From Octopus vulgaris (taxonomy: Eukaryota), in assembly GCA_951406725.2 (NCBI GenBank), contig OX597823.1, forward strand, positions 21,762,001-21,826,000: 64,000 nucleotides of DNA. The letters are read 5' to 3'. Positions 51,268 through 64,000 of this stretch are shown one piece after another. Below the pieces are notes generated by a model, which saw only the letters and a list, made by a program, of their open reading frames with translations, was not told where the DNA came from and ran no database searches. Within the stretch, counting starts at the first letter, position 1. Every line of letters starts with the position of its first letter. Made by a program: the position numbers and the translations under genes.

Positions 51268-51687
51268 GGTGCAGGAGTGGCTGTGTGGTAGGTAACTTGT
51301 TTACCAACCACATGGTTCCGGGTTCAGTCCCACTGCATGGCACCTTGGGCAAGTGTCTTCTACTATAGCCTCGGGCCGACCAAAGCCTTGTGAGTGGATT
51401 TGGTAGATGGAAACTGAAAGAAGCCCGTCGTATATATGTATATATATATATGTATGTGTGTGTGTGTGTGTGTGTGAGTTTGTATATCTGTGGTTGTCCC
51501 CCCAACATCGCTTGACAACCGATGCTGGTGTGTTTATGTCCCCGTCACTTAGCGGTTCGGCAAAGAGACCGATAGAATAAGTACTGGGCTTACAAAAAGA
51601 ATAAGTCCCGGGGTCGAGTTGCTCGATTAAAAGCGGTGCTCCAGCATGGCCGCAGTCAAATGACTGAAACAAGTAAAAGAGTAAGAG
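51268..51687 (+). mobile_element. SINE family B (full length)
   Basis: Near-identical to 3580-3990; ttata on both flanks. Confidence 0.9.
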
Positions 51688-52559
51688 TTATATTCATGCT
51701 TTTCGTCCATGAGTATCAAACAAGAAAATGAAATAAGCTCTTGTGAACTTGCTGGTTTTCTCAGGTTTATCAGCCTACATTACAGTACTTCCATTCATTC
51801 AGTAATTTCTTTGTCGACTGAGATATTTTATCATCAGATTTCCGACTTAATTTCTGTATTTTCCAAACTACTTCTCTTTACCAATTAAATCATTAATTAT
51901 TGCTATTATTTCCGTTATTACTTAAATATTGTTTTTGTGTGTTTCACTACAAAACCGAGTGCAGCTGCTTGCAGTGTTTTTTGTTTACATGTTCTATTGA
52001 GTATTTTATGTAAGATGTGTGCAGTGCCTAGTCTTGCTATTTGTCTGTGCTTTTTTTTTTTTATTATTACTAGATGGCATAAATGATAAAATGCCAGATT
52101 TGATACCTTGTGGTGTTTATTTACATCATTTTACATTCAGAATTAAAATACTGCCAAGATCAACTTTGCTTTTCATCCATCCCAGTTTTGTATTGGATTT
52201 AATCTGCTGAGCCCTTCCTCTAAAAGTATGGCCTTGTACTAATAGTTGCTATTATTATTTTCATTATTTTTATTATTATTATTATTATTATTATTAATAT
52301 TATTAATGTATTTGCTGTCTCATGTCTGTATTTCTATAGTTAAGTAGTTCTACAAATTGATTAGCTTATGAATTGTTTTAGTGATGGAGTTACTGTTTCC
52401 TAATACTAGCTACTCACATTCATCCAGTGTGGGAGAGGACCATTATGACTGAGACAATGAATTATTGTCCAAGAAGGATGATGTGCAACTTCCTTATAGG
52501 ATATGTATCCATTCATAGAATGTTCTGAGTTGATGACACATTTGGGTGAAATTTTGCTT

Positions 52560-52952
52560 TACATGTGGTAACTTTTTATGTTTTTGGAATTTTCAGAAGA
52601 CTTTTACAAATTTGTGTTCTACACATGGGAATTTTTATGTGATTTAAGGGGTATTTAGCAGTTATTTTTAGCACATCTAATGACCACTTCATTACTGTCC
52701 TCATTTGTTTGTCTCTCTGATGTATTGATGTTTTGCAATCTTTCTTCCTGCAAACACATTTAATGATCTATTGCTGTGATTTCAGCCAAAGATTCGAACT
52801 GTCTGGATTTTAAAGTGTGATTTAAAAAAAAAAATTTTAATTAAAATGATTTTTTTTAATATTTTCCGTAGTCATGTGAATACCTGTGTGTAGAACACAA
52901 ATTCACAAAAGTTTTCTGGAAATTCCAAAAAATAAAAAAAAGTTATGTGAGG
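52560..52952. mobile_element. MITE with ~85-bp imperfect TIRs
   Basis: aactttttatgtttttggaattttcagaagacttttacaaatttgtgttctacaca inverted at ~52885-52945. Confidence 0.65.
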
Positions 52953-54929
52953 TCATATGCCATGTGTTAAACAGAATTCTACGCATATTAAGATCTACAT
53001 GGATGTTTTGTGTTCCAAAATTATTGTGTAACAAGGAAGAGAGGCTGACTGATGTTTAGTAAGTTATAGGAACTCTGTGTAAATTGACAATTTAATTTGT
53101 ATGGTTGAGATTAAATCAGATTTATTGAGCCGCTAGGAGAAGCAACCTTCTATTTGATGTATTATTCAAATCCTGTCAAGGCTCACTGACTTTGTTGATC
53201 TTTTTCTAGGGTTAATGAAATAAATCTCTGTCAAGTACTGGGTTCAGTGTAATTGACAATTCCCCGTCCTCTAATTTTCTGACCTTGTTTAAGAAATCTT
53301 TCTGCAGTCAAGTACTGGAATCGATTTAATTGACAGTGTCCTCCCTCGAATTTGTGGCCTTGAGCCAATGTTAGAAGTCATTTACATTCTGCAGTATATA
53401 GTAAAATTGTTGGAGCAGCAAGCAAATTGTTGGTGTATTTGTCTTGATGACAAACCAGCCAATAAGAGAACTTCTATGCAGTTGCTCTACCATCGTAACC
53501 ACTAAGGAAAGGAAACACTAAATAATCTACTCTTAAGCCATGCAGCAGTAACAGGATGGTCGTTGCTGGAATTCATTTGATCATAGGCTTGCTCAGTCCA
53601 CTCTAACTCAGTCATGCTGTACACTGTGATTAACCAAAGTATGTTTAAAAGTGCAAGACTAGTACTGATGCAACACTACTGCAGCTTCTAGAAATCTTGG
53701 TTATACTGCAGCTATGATTCTGTTTTGTTTCTCTAAAGCTTCTAACTTATGTCCTGTGAAAAATTAGAAATGTAGACATCAGGTCTTCTTGATATAATTC
53801 TAGTATATCTTTAAAAATCTATGACTTAGACACTAGTCCATTTGACTGAATTGATTGATGCTATTTTACTTGTACTTTTAATTAACAACAAAGATGGAGA
53901 GTAAAAATCAATCTTTGTTAGGATTTTAGTTAACTATGAGCTTGAAGATGATAAAACAAAATATTGTTGTAAATTTTGAGTAATACGTCTTTTGAAAAGT
54001 AAATTAGTTAATGGAGTGAGTATGGTGTCTGTAACCCTCCCAAGCTTTCCCAGACTAAAATAAAAGTGACTGATATCCAACCCAGACATTTTGTAGGTTA
54101 GCAGTTAAAGGGAAAACCTGTATGGAGTACTAATTGAAATGTGGTCTGAATGCTTGTACAACAAAGTGAATATTGCTTAAAGGTACTCTAAATATAGCCA
54201 ACAGCCATATTAAATTAATTGGCATTTTACACCTTATAATCACCCCACATTCCATGCCATCCCAGCCACTACTATCACTGTGCGAAAATCAATTATTGTA
54301 AACTCTTTGTCCATGTCTCTTAATTAACTGAAACTTCTTTTAATTCCTCAAATAGTTTTGTATTTATTTTAGCAGTTGTTGGGACTGAATCCCAGTATAG
54401 CCTTGGTTTTGCAGACCTATGGTCAAAAGCGCTCTAGGTCTAATCATTTTGCCTTTGTTTGAAGTACAATGTATTAAGGACTACATTATCCTACACATCT
54501 CTTCCTTGATGTGTTATTTGAGGGAGATTTAGCTATTATTTCTAGTAGGTCAAGTAACCATGTTAAGGACATTTTTTTTATTCAGTGCCTTGAGTTACTT
54601 TATTTGTTAGGTTTGGATTTTGTATAATCTAAACAGTCAATATCATATTTTTAGTGGTGTAATAGCTATATATTAATTACCAATAAAATAATTGGTTCAA
54701 TTCAGTTGACTGTTTCTTCATTTAAAACTTGTGGCCTTGTACCAAAATTATAAATTGGTATTATGATGAACCCCTAAATGCGACTTTTTGTTTTAGTCAT
54801 TGGCACCCTTTTCATTTTCTTTTAGAAATAAAATATATATCTATCGCAATCAATACGGTTATGAGTTAAGCCTTACATACTAGTCTTTATTCCTAGTTTT
54901 GTTCTTTTCTCTGGCTTGCATGCATGTAC

Positions 54930-55170
54930 TCACATTTTCACACTCACAACACTTTCACACTCACAACACTTTCACACTCACAACACTTACTCACACACTC
55001 ACTCGCTCTGCAACTTGCTCACTTGCACCCCCACTCGCTCACTTGCACCCTCATTCGCTCACACTCCCTTACTCTCACACTCTCACTTGCACTTTCACTT
55101 GCTCACTTGACTCACACTCTCACTGACTCACTTGCACTCTCTCTCTCTCTCATACATTCTCTCTCTCACT
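54930..55170. repeat. CA/CT-rich cryptic minisatellite
   Basis: cacactcacaacacttt and ctcacttgca units. Confidence 0.8.
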
Positions 55171-55691
55171 CGCATTCTCTTTTTCTTATCCAGGAAATAA
55201 CCCCCCTCTTTTCTTGAGGTCTTTGAAACCTTGATAAGTGGGACCATTGTTGATAACTGGTATTTTTGTTCTATGAAAATTATGGCAGATTTCACGGTTC
55301 TTTCTAACACTCATGACCTCCCGCCCACCAGTCATCTCTTTTGCATATACTTATCATTTTGTTGTTAGAGTGCCTCTTAAGTGTTCTTTCCTATTATTGA
55401 AGATATTACCTCAGTTTTCTCGAGCTGATGGTTCATTAGGTTGGAGCTCATCCCAGTTTCCGTAGCATTAAGTGACTGAGAGTACACAGCTCTTCTCCCA
55501 TCTTGATCTAGATGCTTGTTACAAGGCACCCCCTCCCCCATGTCGCACTCAGTTTTAGCTGAGTGAACTGAATTGATATGAACGGAAGGGTCTTGGTTAA
55601 GGACAACACAACACACTATCCAGTCCAGTTGAACCCACAACCCCTCTATTATACTATATGCCTTCATTTATATATATATATATATATATAT

Positions 55692-55798
55692 ATAACATAA
55701 GGGACTAAAGCCATCTGAATATGGCTAGGGACAGGGCAGGTAACACCACCCTGCCCTGTCCCTAGCCATATTCAGATGGCTTTAGTCCCTTATGTTAT
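55692..55798. repeat. Perfect 49-bp-arm hairpin
   Basis: ataacataagggactaaagccatctgaatatggctagggacagggcagg-taacaccac-exact reverse complement. Confidence 0.95.
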
Positions 55799-55883
55799 CG
55801 AGCAGTTACTGTCTATATCCCTTTTAGAGAATTATTATTGCTATATATATATATATATATATGTATTATGTATGTATATCATG

Positions 55884-56252
55884 GCACTCCGTCGGTTACA
55901 ATGATGAGGGTTCCAGTTGATCCAATCAATGGAACAGCCTGCTTGTGAAATTATGGCTGAGCACTCCACGGACATGTGTACCCATAACATAGTTCTCGGG
56001 GAGATTCAGCGTGACACAGTGTGTGACAAGGATGGCCCTTTGAAATACATGTACAACAGAAACAGGAAGAAAGAGTGGGAGAAAGTTGTGGTAAAAGAGT
56101 TACAGCAGGGTTCACCGCTACCCACTGCCGGAGTCTCGTGGAGCTTCAGGTGTTTTCGCTCTATAAACACTCACAACACCTGGTCTGGGAATCGAAACCA
56201 TGATCCTACCACTGTGAGTCCTCTGCCTTAACCATTGGGCCATTGTGCCTCA
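55884..56252 (-). mobile_element. SINE family A, diverged
   Basis: Reverse complement of 39611-39994 with CpG decay. Confidence 0.85.
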
Positions 56253-56274
56253 TATATATACATACACACACACA

Positions 56275-57132
56275 CTAGCTGACATACTCGGGAAAGTGGG
56301 GCTTATGCCTTGGTCATCATCATCATCGTTTAAACGTTCTCATAATTGCTTCACTAATCCAATAACAATAAAACAAAGTATGTAGCCGTTAAAACGGTTT
56401 TTATGTATTTACAGAGAATACCGAACTATCTTACACAGGATGTTATTTTTAGGAATTCCCAATAAGTTATGAATACCCAAATTATGAAGCCATTTATGTA
56501 ATAACATGAAATTAGTTACCCGATAGTAAGAATTCAAATAAAGTAGCCCCGAAAAGGGCATTAATGCATTCCCAGAGTATATAGAACATAGGAGGAAATG
56601 CTAATATGGTATGTATACTAAAATCGTGAAGCATGGTACATAATAACAGGCTAATCAGATATGAGATAATAACAGTTCAAAGTAAATAACTCTGAAAAGG
56701 GCTTTCATGTGTTCCCAGAGAATATTACCCTCAGGAGCTCAAGTGATGGTATATTTGTGGATGTCACTAACCGAAATATGTGGATCTATTGTTTAGGAAA
56801 AGACTATTTACTTGTTTAAGGGTTGCACTGGATAAATTGCGAAAATAACTGTAACAGTTCAAATACTAAGAAATAAGCATACTCAATTTCATTTTTAGCA
56901 AATAATTTAGGAAAATGAATGGGTTATTTCCCTTGGCTATATATAAGGATCCTTTCCAGGGGCCTTATCGATTTTTTTTTTTTTCAACAACCTGAGTATT
57001 CCATGAGGTTTCCAGATATGAGTTCTACTTAAATGTCAAGTTTCATCAAAATCGATAAAACGATGTAGGAGGAGTTAGCTAACAACTCCACGAACCACTC
57101 ACAGACAGAATTTCCCACATGTGTAGTAGAAG

Positions 57133-57133
<1 letters not shown>
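56275..57133 (-). mobile_element. Non-autonomous Helitron
   Basis: Minus strand begins A|TCttctactac...tgtctgt...aactcctcctac...gattttgatgaaactt and ends gCTAG|T; degenerate internal ~140-bp repeats. Confidence 0.6.
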
Positions 57134-57176
<43 letters not shown>

Positions 57177-57396
57177 CCCTGTAGTAGTAAGCCATCACCC
57201 AGTTTAACACCCCCATGTGGCTCTTGAGTGTCTTTAGTAGAGTCCTCTCTGGTGCACCTGTTCAAACCAGATCTTCAGTTTCAGGTCATTCTTCCTCTTT
57301 CCTTTGTTCTAATCTGGGAACAGTTTCAGGACATCTTCCTGTCTTCTTTGTTCTAATCTGAAGTGGGTTATCAGCTATTTCCTTCTCCTGACTAAG

Positions 57397-57399
<3 letters not shown>

Positions 57400-57445
<46 letters not shown>

Positions 57446-57501
57446 ATATATATATATATATATATACGTACACACACATATATATATATATATATATACG
57501 T

Positions 57502-57534
<33 letters not shown>

Positions 57535-57678
57535 CGTACACACACACACACACACACATATATGTATGTATATATGTGTATATATATATACACACACACA
57601 CACACATATATATACACACACATACATATATATACATATACACACACACATACATATATATAATATACACACACACAC

Positions 57679-57709
<31 letters not shown>

Positions 57710-57822
57710 CACACATATATATATAATATACACACACACACACACACATATAATACACACACACACATATATAATATACACATACACACACACACACACA
57801 TATATATAATACACACACACAC
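57400..57822. repeat. Compound (TA)n/(CA)n microsatellite
   Basis: Directly visible. Confidence 0.95.
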
Positions 57823-59737
57823 TTATCTTTTTCAGTTTACTTGTCAATTTTGTATAATTTCCTAGAATTTACACCATAATAATTGCTTGTTTTGATATGA
57901 AAACAAATGAACAATGAGAATCCTCATTTTTCTTGTGTATTTCAGGTTTTGCGAAGTTATGTTCCAAACACCGATCATATGATTGTATCAAAATATTCCA
58001 AATTTTTACTAAATCCCCCAAAGATTTCACAACAGATACTTAACTCACAAAGTAGCTATCTATGGCTGTGTTTCACTAATCTAGATACCAATATTTTTAA
58101 TGATTTTGTTTAGTAGCCAGCTGTTCAATCTACTAGTGTTCACTACTATTAACTGTCTGACATTCCTGATTGTTGAAATTTTTCAGTGTTCCATGAAAGT
58201 AAATTGACTGCTGTTTGGACAAATTGCAGTCACCATTTATTGAGATGTTTTCAGCTTAGATATGTGGGTTATCTTTTTCTTTATCATCATCTACTGCTAG
58301 AGCAGAGACATATTTTCTGTAGCTTACTCGAGGCTCTTTTCTCACTCACTATTTCGTTGAAAATCTTAATTCTTGAGTGGGTTTATTTGTTCTAGTCTAA
58401 TGACTAACTAGTGACTAAATAGTTGGAGGCTTAATTCTATTTCTAGTTGTGAAGTTAGGGTGCAAATGACCCAGCAGTGGGAGTGAGGTGACCCAGTTCT
58501 TTGTTTGCTTAGCACTTTTAATCTATAAAATCAAAATGTTAAAATTCCAAAAAAATACTGCTGAACAATCATTTCCTGGCTTATTGACTTTAGTGGTGAA
58601 GCTGGACAATACTTCTTAGTCAAATATTAATGACTTTAATAATTTTTTATCATAATTGTTTTAAAAATGATTCCCTAATGTTGAAAATATGTAAACTATG
58701 TCACTAGCAATAGTTTGTAGACGAGTCTGTGACATACTTTCAGTTTCTCATTTCTCAAACCAAATCCACTTCTCTTGTGCTTTAATGCTCTTGAGAAATG
58801 CTTGATTCACATAATCCCATTCTCCTTAAAAAAAATTTGGCCTTGTTCTTAATCTGGAAGTATATTTTGTTTAGCCCTAAATAATCTCTCATCAACCAGA
58901 CCTGTGATCAAAACGTATTCCAGATGTGACCACCCCATCTGTTTTATTTTTTTTTTCAAGCATACTATACATTATCTTTTATGTCTTTTCCATATTTTCA
59001 AGAGAGTAGGGTGTGGTTTGAGTGAGATTTGGCTGCTTTTTCTAGCTTCCTGATTGGCTCAAATGTCCCCTTAAAATATACTTGAGTCACCACAATTTGA
59101 CATTTCAATTTCCAGATGTGTAACCTTCCAAACTTGACAATTGTTTTCTCCCAAATGTTGGATGGTTGCTGTTGAATTGTTGGCATTCCTTCATTTACAT
59201 TGTTTTCATACAATGAAAAGTCAGCCACATTTAATTCCCCCCCCCCCCTTCTCTCTCTCTCAAGATGGGTTGCAACATTTTTGTCATAGAAATATATTTT
59301 TTAAATGTATGTATGTATGGGTCATTATGGACCTTAACATTGCTTTTATTGTTTATCCTTAGGTGAGCCCTGAATTGGTATACCTGCAATCAGACCATCA
59401 CTGTCCAATCTGTTTTATGTTTTGTATATCCAGTACTAAATATGTCCAACATGTTTATTTACTGAAGATGTAGGGTGTCATTTGAGGCAGGTTGGGTAGT
59501 CATGGTCCTTAACGAATGTGTTTGTAAATTGTATAGGTGTTCACTTGTTTATTTAGCCCTCGTCATCCTTGATAATCAGATCGATGGTCAAAGGCATCCA
59601 GTCCTCCATCTTATTTTGCAACATATGGTGTTTAAGGCTGCATTATCCACTTATGTTTTATTTTATAATTTTGGAAGATTGAACTCTTGTCAGCTGTGAC
59701 TGAGTAGACCTTGGATATCCCATTTTTTATAACATAT

Positions 59738-60035
59738 CTTTTATCTCTTTTGTTTGTCATTAGACTGTGGCCATGCTGGGGTTCTGTCCTTAAGAAATTT
59801 TTAGTTGAATGAATTGACTCAAGCACGATTTATTTTAAACCTGGTGCTTATTGTATTGGTCTCTTGTAGAACCATTAAGTTACAGGAATGTAAACATACC
59901 AACACCAGTTGTCAAGCGCTGGTGGGGGACAAACAGACACAAAGACACTTGCTCAAGGTGCCATGCAATGGGACTGAACCCAGAGCCATGTGGTTGGGAA
60001 GCAAGCTTCTTACACCACACAGTCATGCCTGTGCC
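59738..60035 (-). mobile_element. SINE family B, degraded and internally deleted
   Basis: Reverse complement matches the B head (ggcacaggcatgactgtgtgg...gggttcagtccc) and tail. Confidence 0.75.
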
Positions 60036-60571
60036 TAATATACCAAAATGTTCCTCTTTTTTTAAGACAATAGCATATGTAATTTGAGGATTGTTTTGGT
60101 AGCTGTTTACTAACAAGTCAAGCAACCACATTACAATACACTTCTTGGATTTTAAGATTGTATGGTTTTAATGGTGATGTTGTAGTGTTTTCAGCTCTCA
60201 AGCAAGTGCTTTTCATCATTAGTATCATTCTTGTGCCCATTTTGGACACATTCCTCTCTTTCACATCAGATTTAAAATTTCATTACATAGTAATGAAGTT
60301 CTAAGCCTGATGAAAGTTGGTCTCTGAGTAGTTGTCTCAGTCTTCAGACAAGTGCCACTCTACCTTAGTTTTGCTAAAGGCTAACAGTTCTGAAACCCTA
60401 AGGTTTTTGGCTTTGGTCTCATCTTTACTCGGTAGGCATTGATAAAACCTCTTTAAATACAACTTTCTTTTTAATATCAGTAATACCAGTTTATTTCAAT
60501 GTTACATTGTCCCAGTCTGATGTTGAACTGTCTGGTCAACTAACCAGTGTCAAGTACCTAATGTAAGATTG

Positions 60572-60849
60572 CAAGGCTGTGGAGTTGAAGCAAAAAACTT
60601 TGACTCTGACTCCTGTACTAAAGTGACCTCCGACTCTGACTCCTCTTTATGTAATTAAGTGATTATGGTCTACATATCTCATAAAGCCTATGCATATGCT
60701 TGTACTCTGAGTAGGCCTATATGTTATAACTGGTTTAATTTAAAGAATAGAGATCTTGTGAGTCAGAATCAGTTGGTATAGTTTTACCAACTCTCACTCC
60801 AGGTAATCCTTAATTGTTACTGACAATGACTCCGACTCCACAGCCCTTG
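60572..60849. mobile_element. hAT-like MITE with GACTCC subterminal repeats
   Basis: caaggctgtggagt ... gactccgactccacagcccttg; flanks gtaagatt / gtaagata. Confidence 0.7.
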
Positions 60850-61744
60850 GTAAGATAACTTAATTGTAAATTAACAAGCAGTCACTACTATATTGGCCAA
60901 TATTATTATCATTGTTTAATGTCCACCTGGGTCGGACAGCTTGACAAGAGCTGGCTAGGCAGGAGCCTGCACCAAACTTCTGCCCTTTCTAACACCAACT
61001 GCCCAACTGAGTGGACGTGTCAAGTATTCATACAGCTTTGAGAGAAAGAGACTGCCTAAATATACACCCTCCTGGGAATAAGACTGTACATGGGAAAGAA
61101 ACCTAGAATACCCACATGGTTATAAGATAGAGATGTAGTAAAAAATGTTTTAAGATGAAATTCGTCTCCTCATATCATCCGTCATTCTAATGTCTTATTT
61201 TTTCAAGAATGATAAAATTAGACTAACATGAGATGTTTACATCATCTGACCCCCCTTTTTTTTTCCTACCTGAATCTAGGAAGAAAGTGTTTGTAGATAT
61301 TACTACATATAATAAAGCCAAGTCAACAGGTATAGCTGGGTGGATACTGAGCTCTTAGAATAATAAAAATCCTTACCCATATATGTCTTTTGTGGGATAG
61401 TTGAGAGCATTAAACATCCTATATTTCATGAGAATGGTATCTCTGAATTAAATAGTTTCTTCATACCGATTCTACTCACTGCTTTAGCAAATACAGTGAT
61501 GGTCAGGGTTTACAGATGAAGCCAGAATAAGACTGAAGCATATGTAGATATATCTCTTTTTTATCTGGTAAAATAAAAACTAGTTATGCACAAATATCTT
61601 TTTCTTCACCATATATTTATTTCTAGCTAGATTTTTGGCCTTCTTTGCATGTGGTTGGTGTTAACCTATTTATCTCCCCCTCTCTCTCTCTCCTTCCCTT
61701 CTTCCCCCAATTCCCTCCCTATCTTCCAGTCCCTCCCCCTCCAC

Positions 61745-61956
61745 TCATCATCATCATTCATCATTGTTCGACCGTGGTCGAGACAATGGAATTTACCATG
61801 CTACACCAGACTTCACGGTCCATCATGGCATTACGGAGGTCCTGTTGCTGGATGCCTGTATCCCTGGAGACTACATCAGGGTAGGAGAGTGTGCGCCCTC
61901 TCGTATTGCGAGTAGATGGCTTCCAGAGGAGAAGAGTAGAAATTACCTCTTTTTCA
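61745..61956 (-). pseudogene. RTE/RTE-X LINE 3' end
   Basis: EKEVISTLLLWKPSTRNTRGRTLSYPDVVSRDTGIQQQDLRNAMMDREVWCSMVNSIVSTTVEQ* (TGA at 61763-61761) followed by a (GAT)n tail. Confidence 0.8.
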
Positions 61957-64000
61957 TACTACACTTATACTACACATTAATTTCTAATTAGCTGTTTAAC
62001 TCTCTTGTTAACAATGTTAACACTGACTTACCTAATGAATAATTACTTGTAAAGGTCCTCAGCCTGTTGAATACATTTCCTAAGGCATTAGGTCAGTTTT
62101 GAAGCAAAGACATGTCTGGTTGATCAAGTGGACACTAGCATGTCGTTGGTACACACACGATTTGAACTTGGAATGAAGAGGGATGAGTAAATACTGTACA
62201 AAATTGAACCATTCTCATACTCTACTGTTTCAACTCTAGTTAGAGCAGCCCCTCTTTTTCTCATGCCTTTTTTAATGGCATCTAATTAGCAATAACTACT
62301 CGGTTGTTACAGCAATGCTCGCTCTTCTTGTGCTATCCGTTCAGTACTGCTTTTTTATTTGTGTGGGAGTAAGATGCAAACATACTGGTTGTGGCAGCAG
62401 TTACTACTGGCGATATTTAATAATGACTGAATTATCTATTTGGCGAGTGAAAAATATCTACTGACGAACATTCAACAACTAAGCGTTGTTAGCCAGATTG
62501 TTCTAGAAGTGATTACTGTTTTCACATAAATCCTCCTCTCTCTCTCTCCCTCCCTCCCTCTCTCGTTCAAGCATTTGTTTCAAGAAGAAAAATACAATAG
62601 AAATTTAGTTTTTTTATCTTTTTAAATCGTATTTTTATTTTTAAATGTATTTATCACTTTGCTTGCTTATTTTGGTAAAACTTTTATAGTAACCTCCATT
62701 ATTTTTAGGTAACCTGGCTAGTCTTTGCACAACTCAATGTATAAAAATTGAATTAAATAAAACCAGAGGATGTGCTGGACTATTTGCTACATGGCTGTTG
62801 GTTCAAATCTTGCTTATATCATTATGCTGTGCCCCTTTTTGCTTCAGTTTGTGTGACTGACAAAAAGAAAAAGCAAAAAAAAAAAAAAAAAAAGAATCCA
62901 AGCCTAACCATGAAGGTAGACAATATCCAGCTTCGTAAATAAAATCAATCCGACAATTAAACTATCTTATTCATGCGTTGTTGGTTTATTTGTTGTGACC
63001 TGAACAATCCACACATATCAAATCCGATTGCTGGTGAGCTGTCATCAAGGTCGTCTGTCCCCACTGACCCCAAATGAACATGCTCTGCTACAAGTATTGA
63101 GTACTTTTCCCACTTTGTAAACTGAAATGTGTGTGTGTATTAATTTTAGCAAATTACGTTTATATTTGTATTTGTGCGTACACCCACACATACAGATAAT
63201 TCTTAAAAATTGATTTTTTTGGATTTTTTTTTTTGTTGTTATTTACATCTAAGAAAATGCATTTTTCATCACACAGGTGTATTTTTATCCCTGTTAGATG
63301 CAGCAGTGATATTAGTTGATAAAGCAATGAACCACAATAGCCCACTTATGCAGGGGAAAATGATGCATTTCCGCTATTTGTGTTATGAAATTAACAAAAT
63401 TGAAAGCTATTTAATAACTATTTGAAAAAGAATTAAGAAAATGAAACAAATTTTTAGCTATGTCTTGAAAAAAATTTTTTTTTTTTAATTGCTTGAATAC
63501 ACACTGAATTATTTAAGATTAGTCTTAAGAATTATAACATTTATACATGTTTTAAATTTTAAGTCTGTCCTTAATCTTCCATAGAAAGAACTGCTTAGAA
63601 TTGGTTCCATTCCTAAGTGTTTTACTGTAGTGATATCATCTAGGACCACTAGAAAAGAAATTACTCATTAAGGAAGCCGTATTATAGTAGTTGTAGAATA
63701 AATACTTCCTAGTTTGTCTTTAGTAAGGCTTCTCCGAATTTGTGCTTTCAGTTCATCTTCACTCCAAAGTTTTTTTTAAGTTATCCTCACTTCTTTATTT
63801 ACTTAATTCATAGAAGCCTCCACTTGTGCAATTGAGTTGGGTTCATAAAATTTTATACTCTGGTTATAGTGTTATACACTAATGTGCATTTTTTTTGGTA
63901 TTTGTTTCTTTTTATAAAAATTCTGGCTTGTGGCTGGTTGTTGTTTAGCCATAATGGTCATTTCTAATCCAGCAGACCAATGATCAAGCATATTCCAACT

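Noticed and set aside
51795-51845. CUGAUGA...GAAA on the minus strand as another hammerhead
   Set aside because: No stem II pairing, and the triplet position would end in G
57286-57847. Long C/V/Y/I-rich ORFs
   Set aside because: Translations of (TA)n/(TG)n microsatellites

Overview
Eukaryotic, AT-rich, microsatellite-dense genomic DNA, most likely from an octopus or other coleoid cephalopod (inferred from the tRNA-derived SINE families and the repeat landscape; not confirmed by any search). No intact protein-coding gene is visible, and nearly all ORFs in the six-frame track are microsatellite or TE artefacts. The window contains: at least four SINE families in many copies; two decayed mariner elements; a Tigger/pogo remnant hosting three nested insertions; two non-autonomous Helitrons; piggyBac-, hAT- and Merlin-like MITEs; several RTE-type LINE fragments; a ~3 kb 40-bp minisatellite with a 16-unit higher-order duplication; and several perfect hairpins. 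A CpG-richer zone (~6-26 kb) holds two candidate divergent promoters/first exons (minus strand ~9.1 kb, plus strand ~13.8 kb), and the CpG-poor remainder looks like a long intron. The most notable signal is a set of self-cleaving ribozyme motifs. A tRNA-headed, Pol III-type SINE carries a minimal type I hammerhead ribozyme (131-790, with a truncated/inverted second copy at ~34.0 kb). Two further hammerheads at ~35.4 and ~35.7 kb share an unusual, covarying stem II (AAA/AGA internal loop). A candidate HDV-like ribozyme lies at the 5' end of an RTE-like element (~31.7 kb). All calls were made by eye, and coordinates of degraded elements are approximate.
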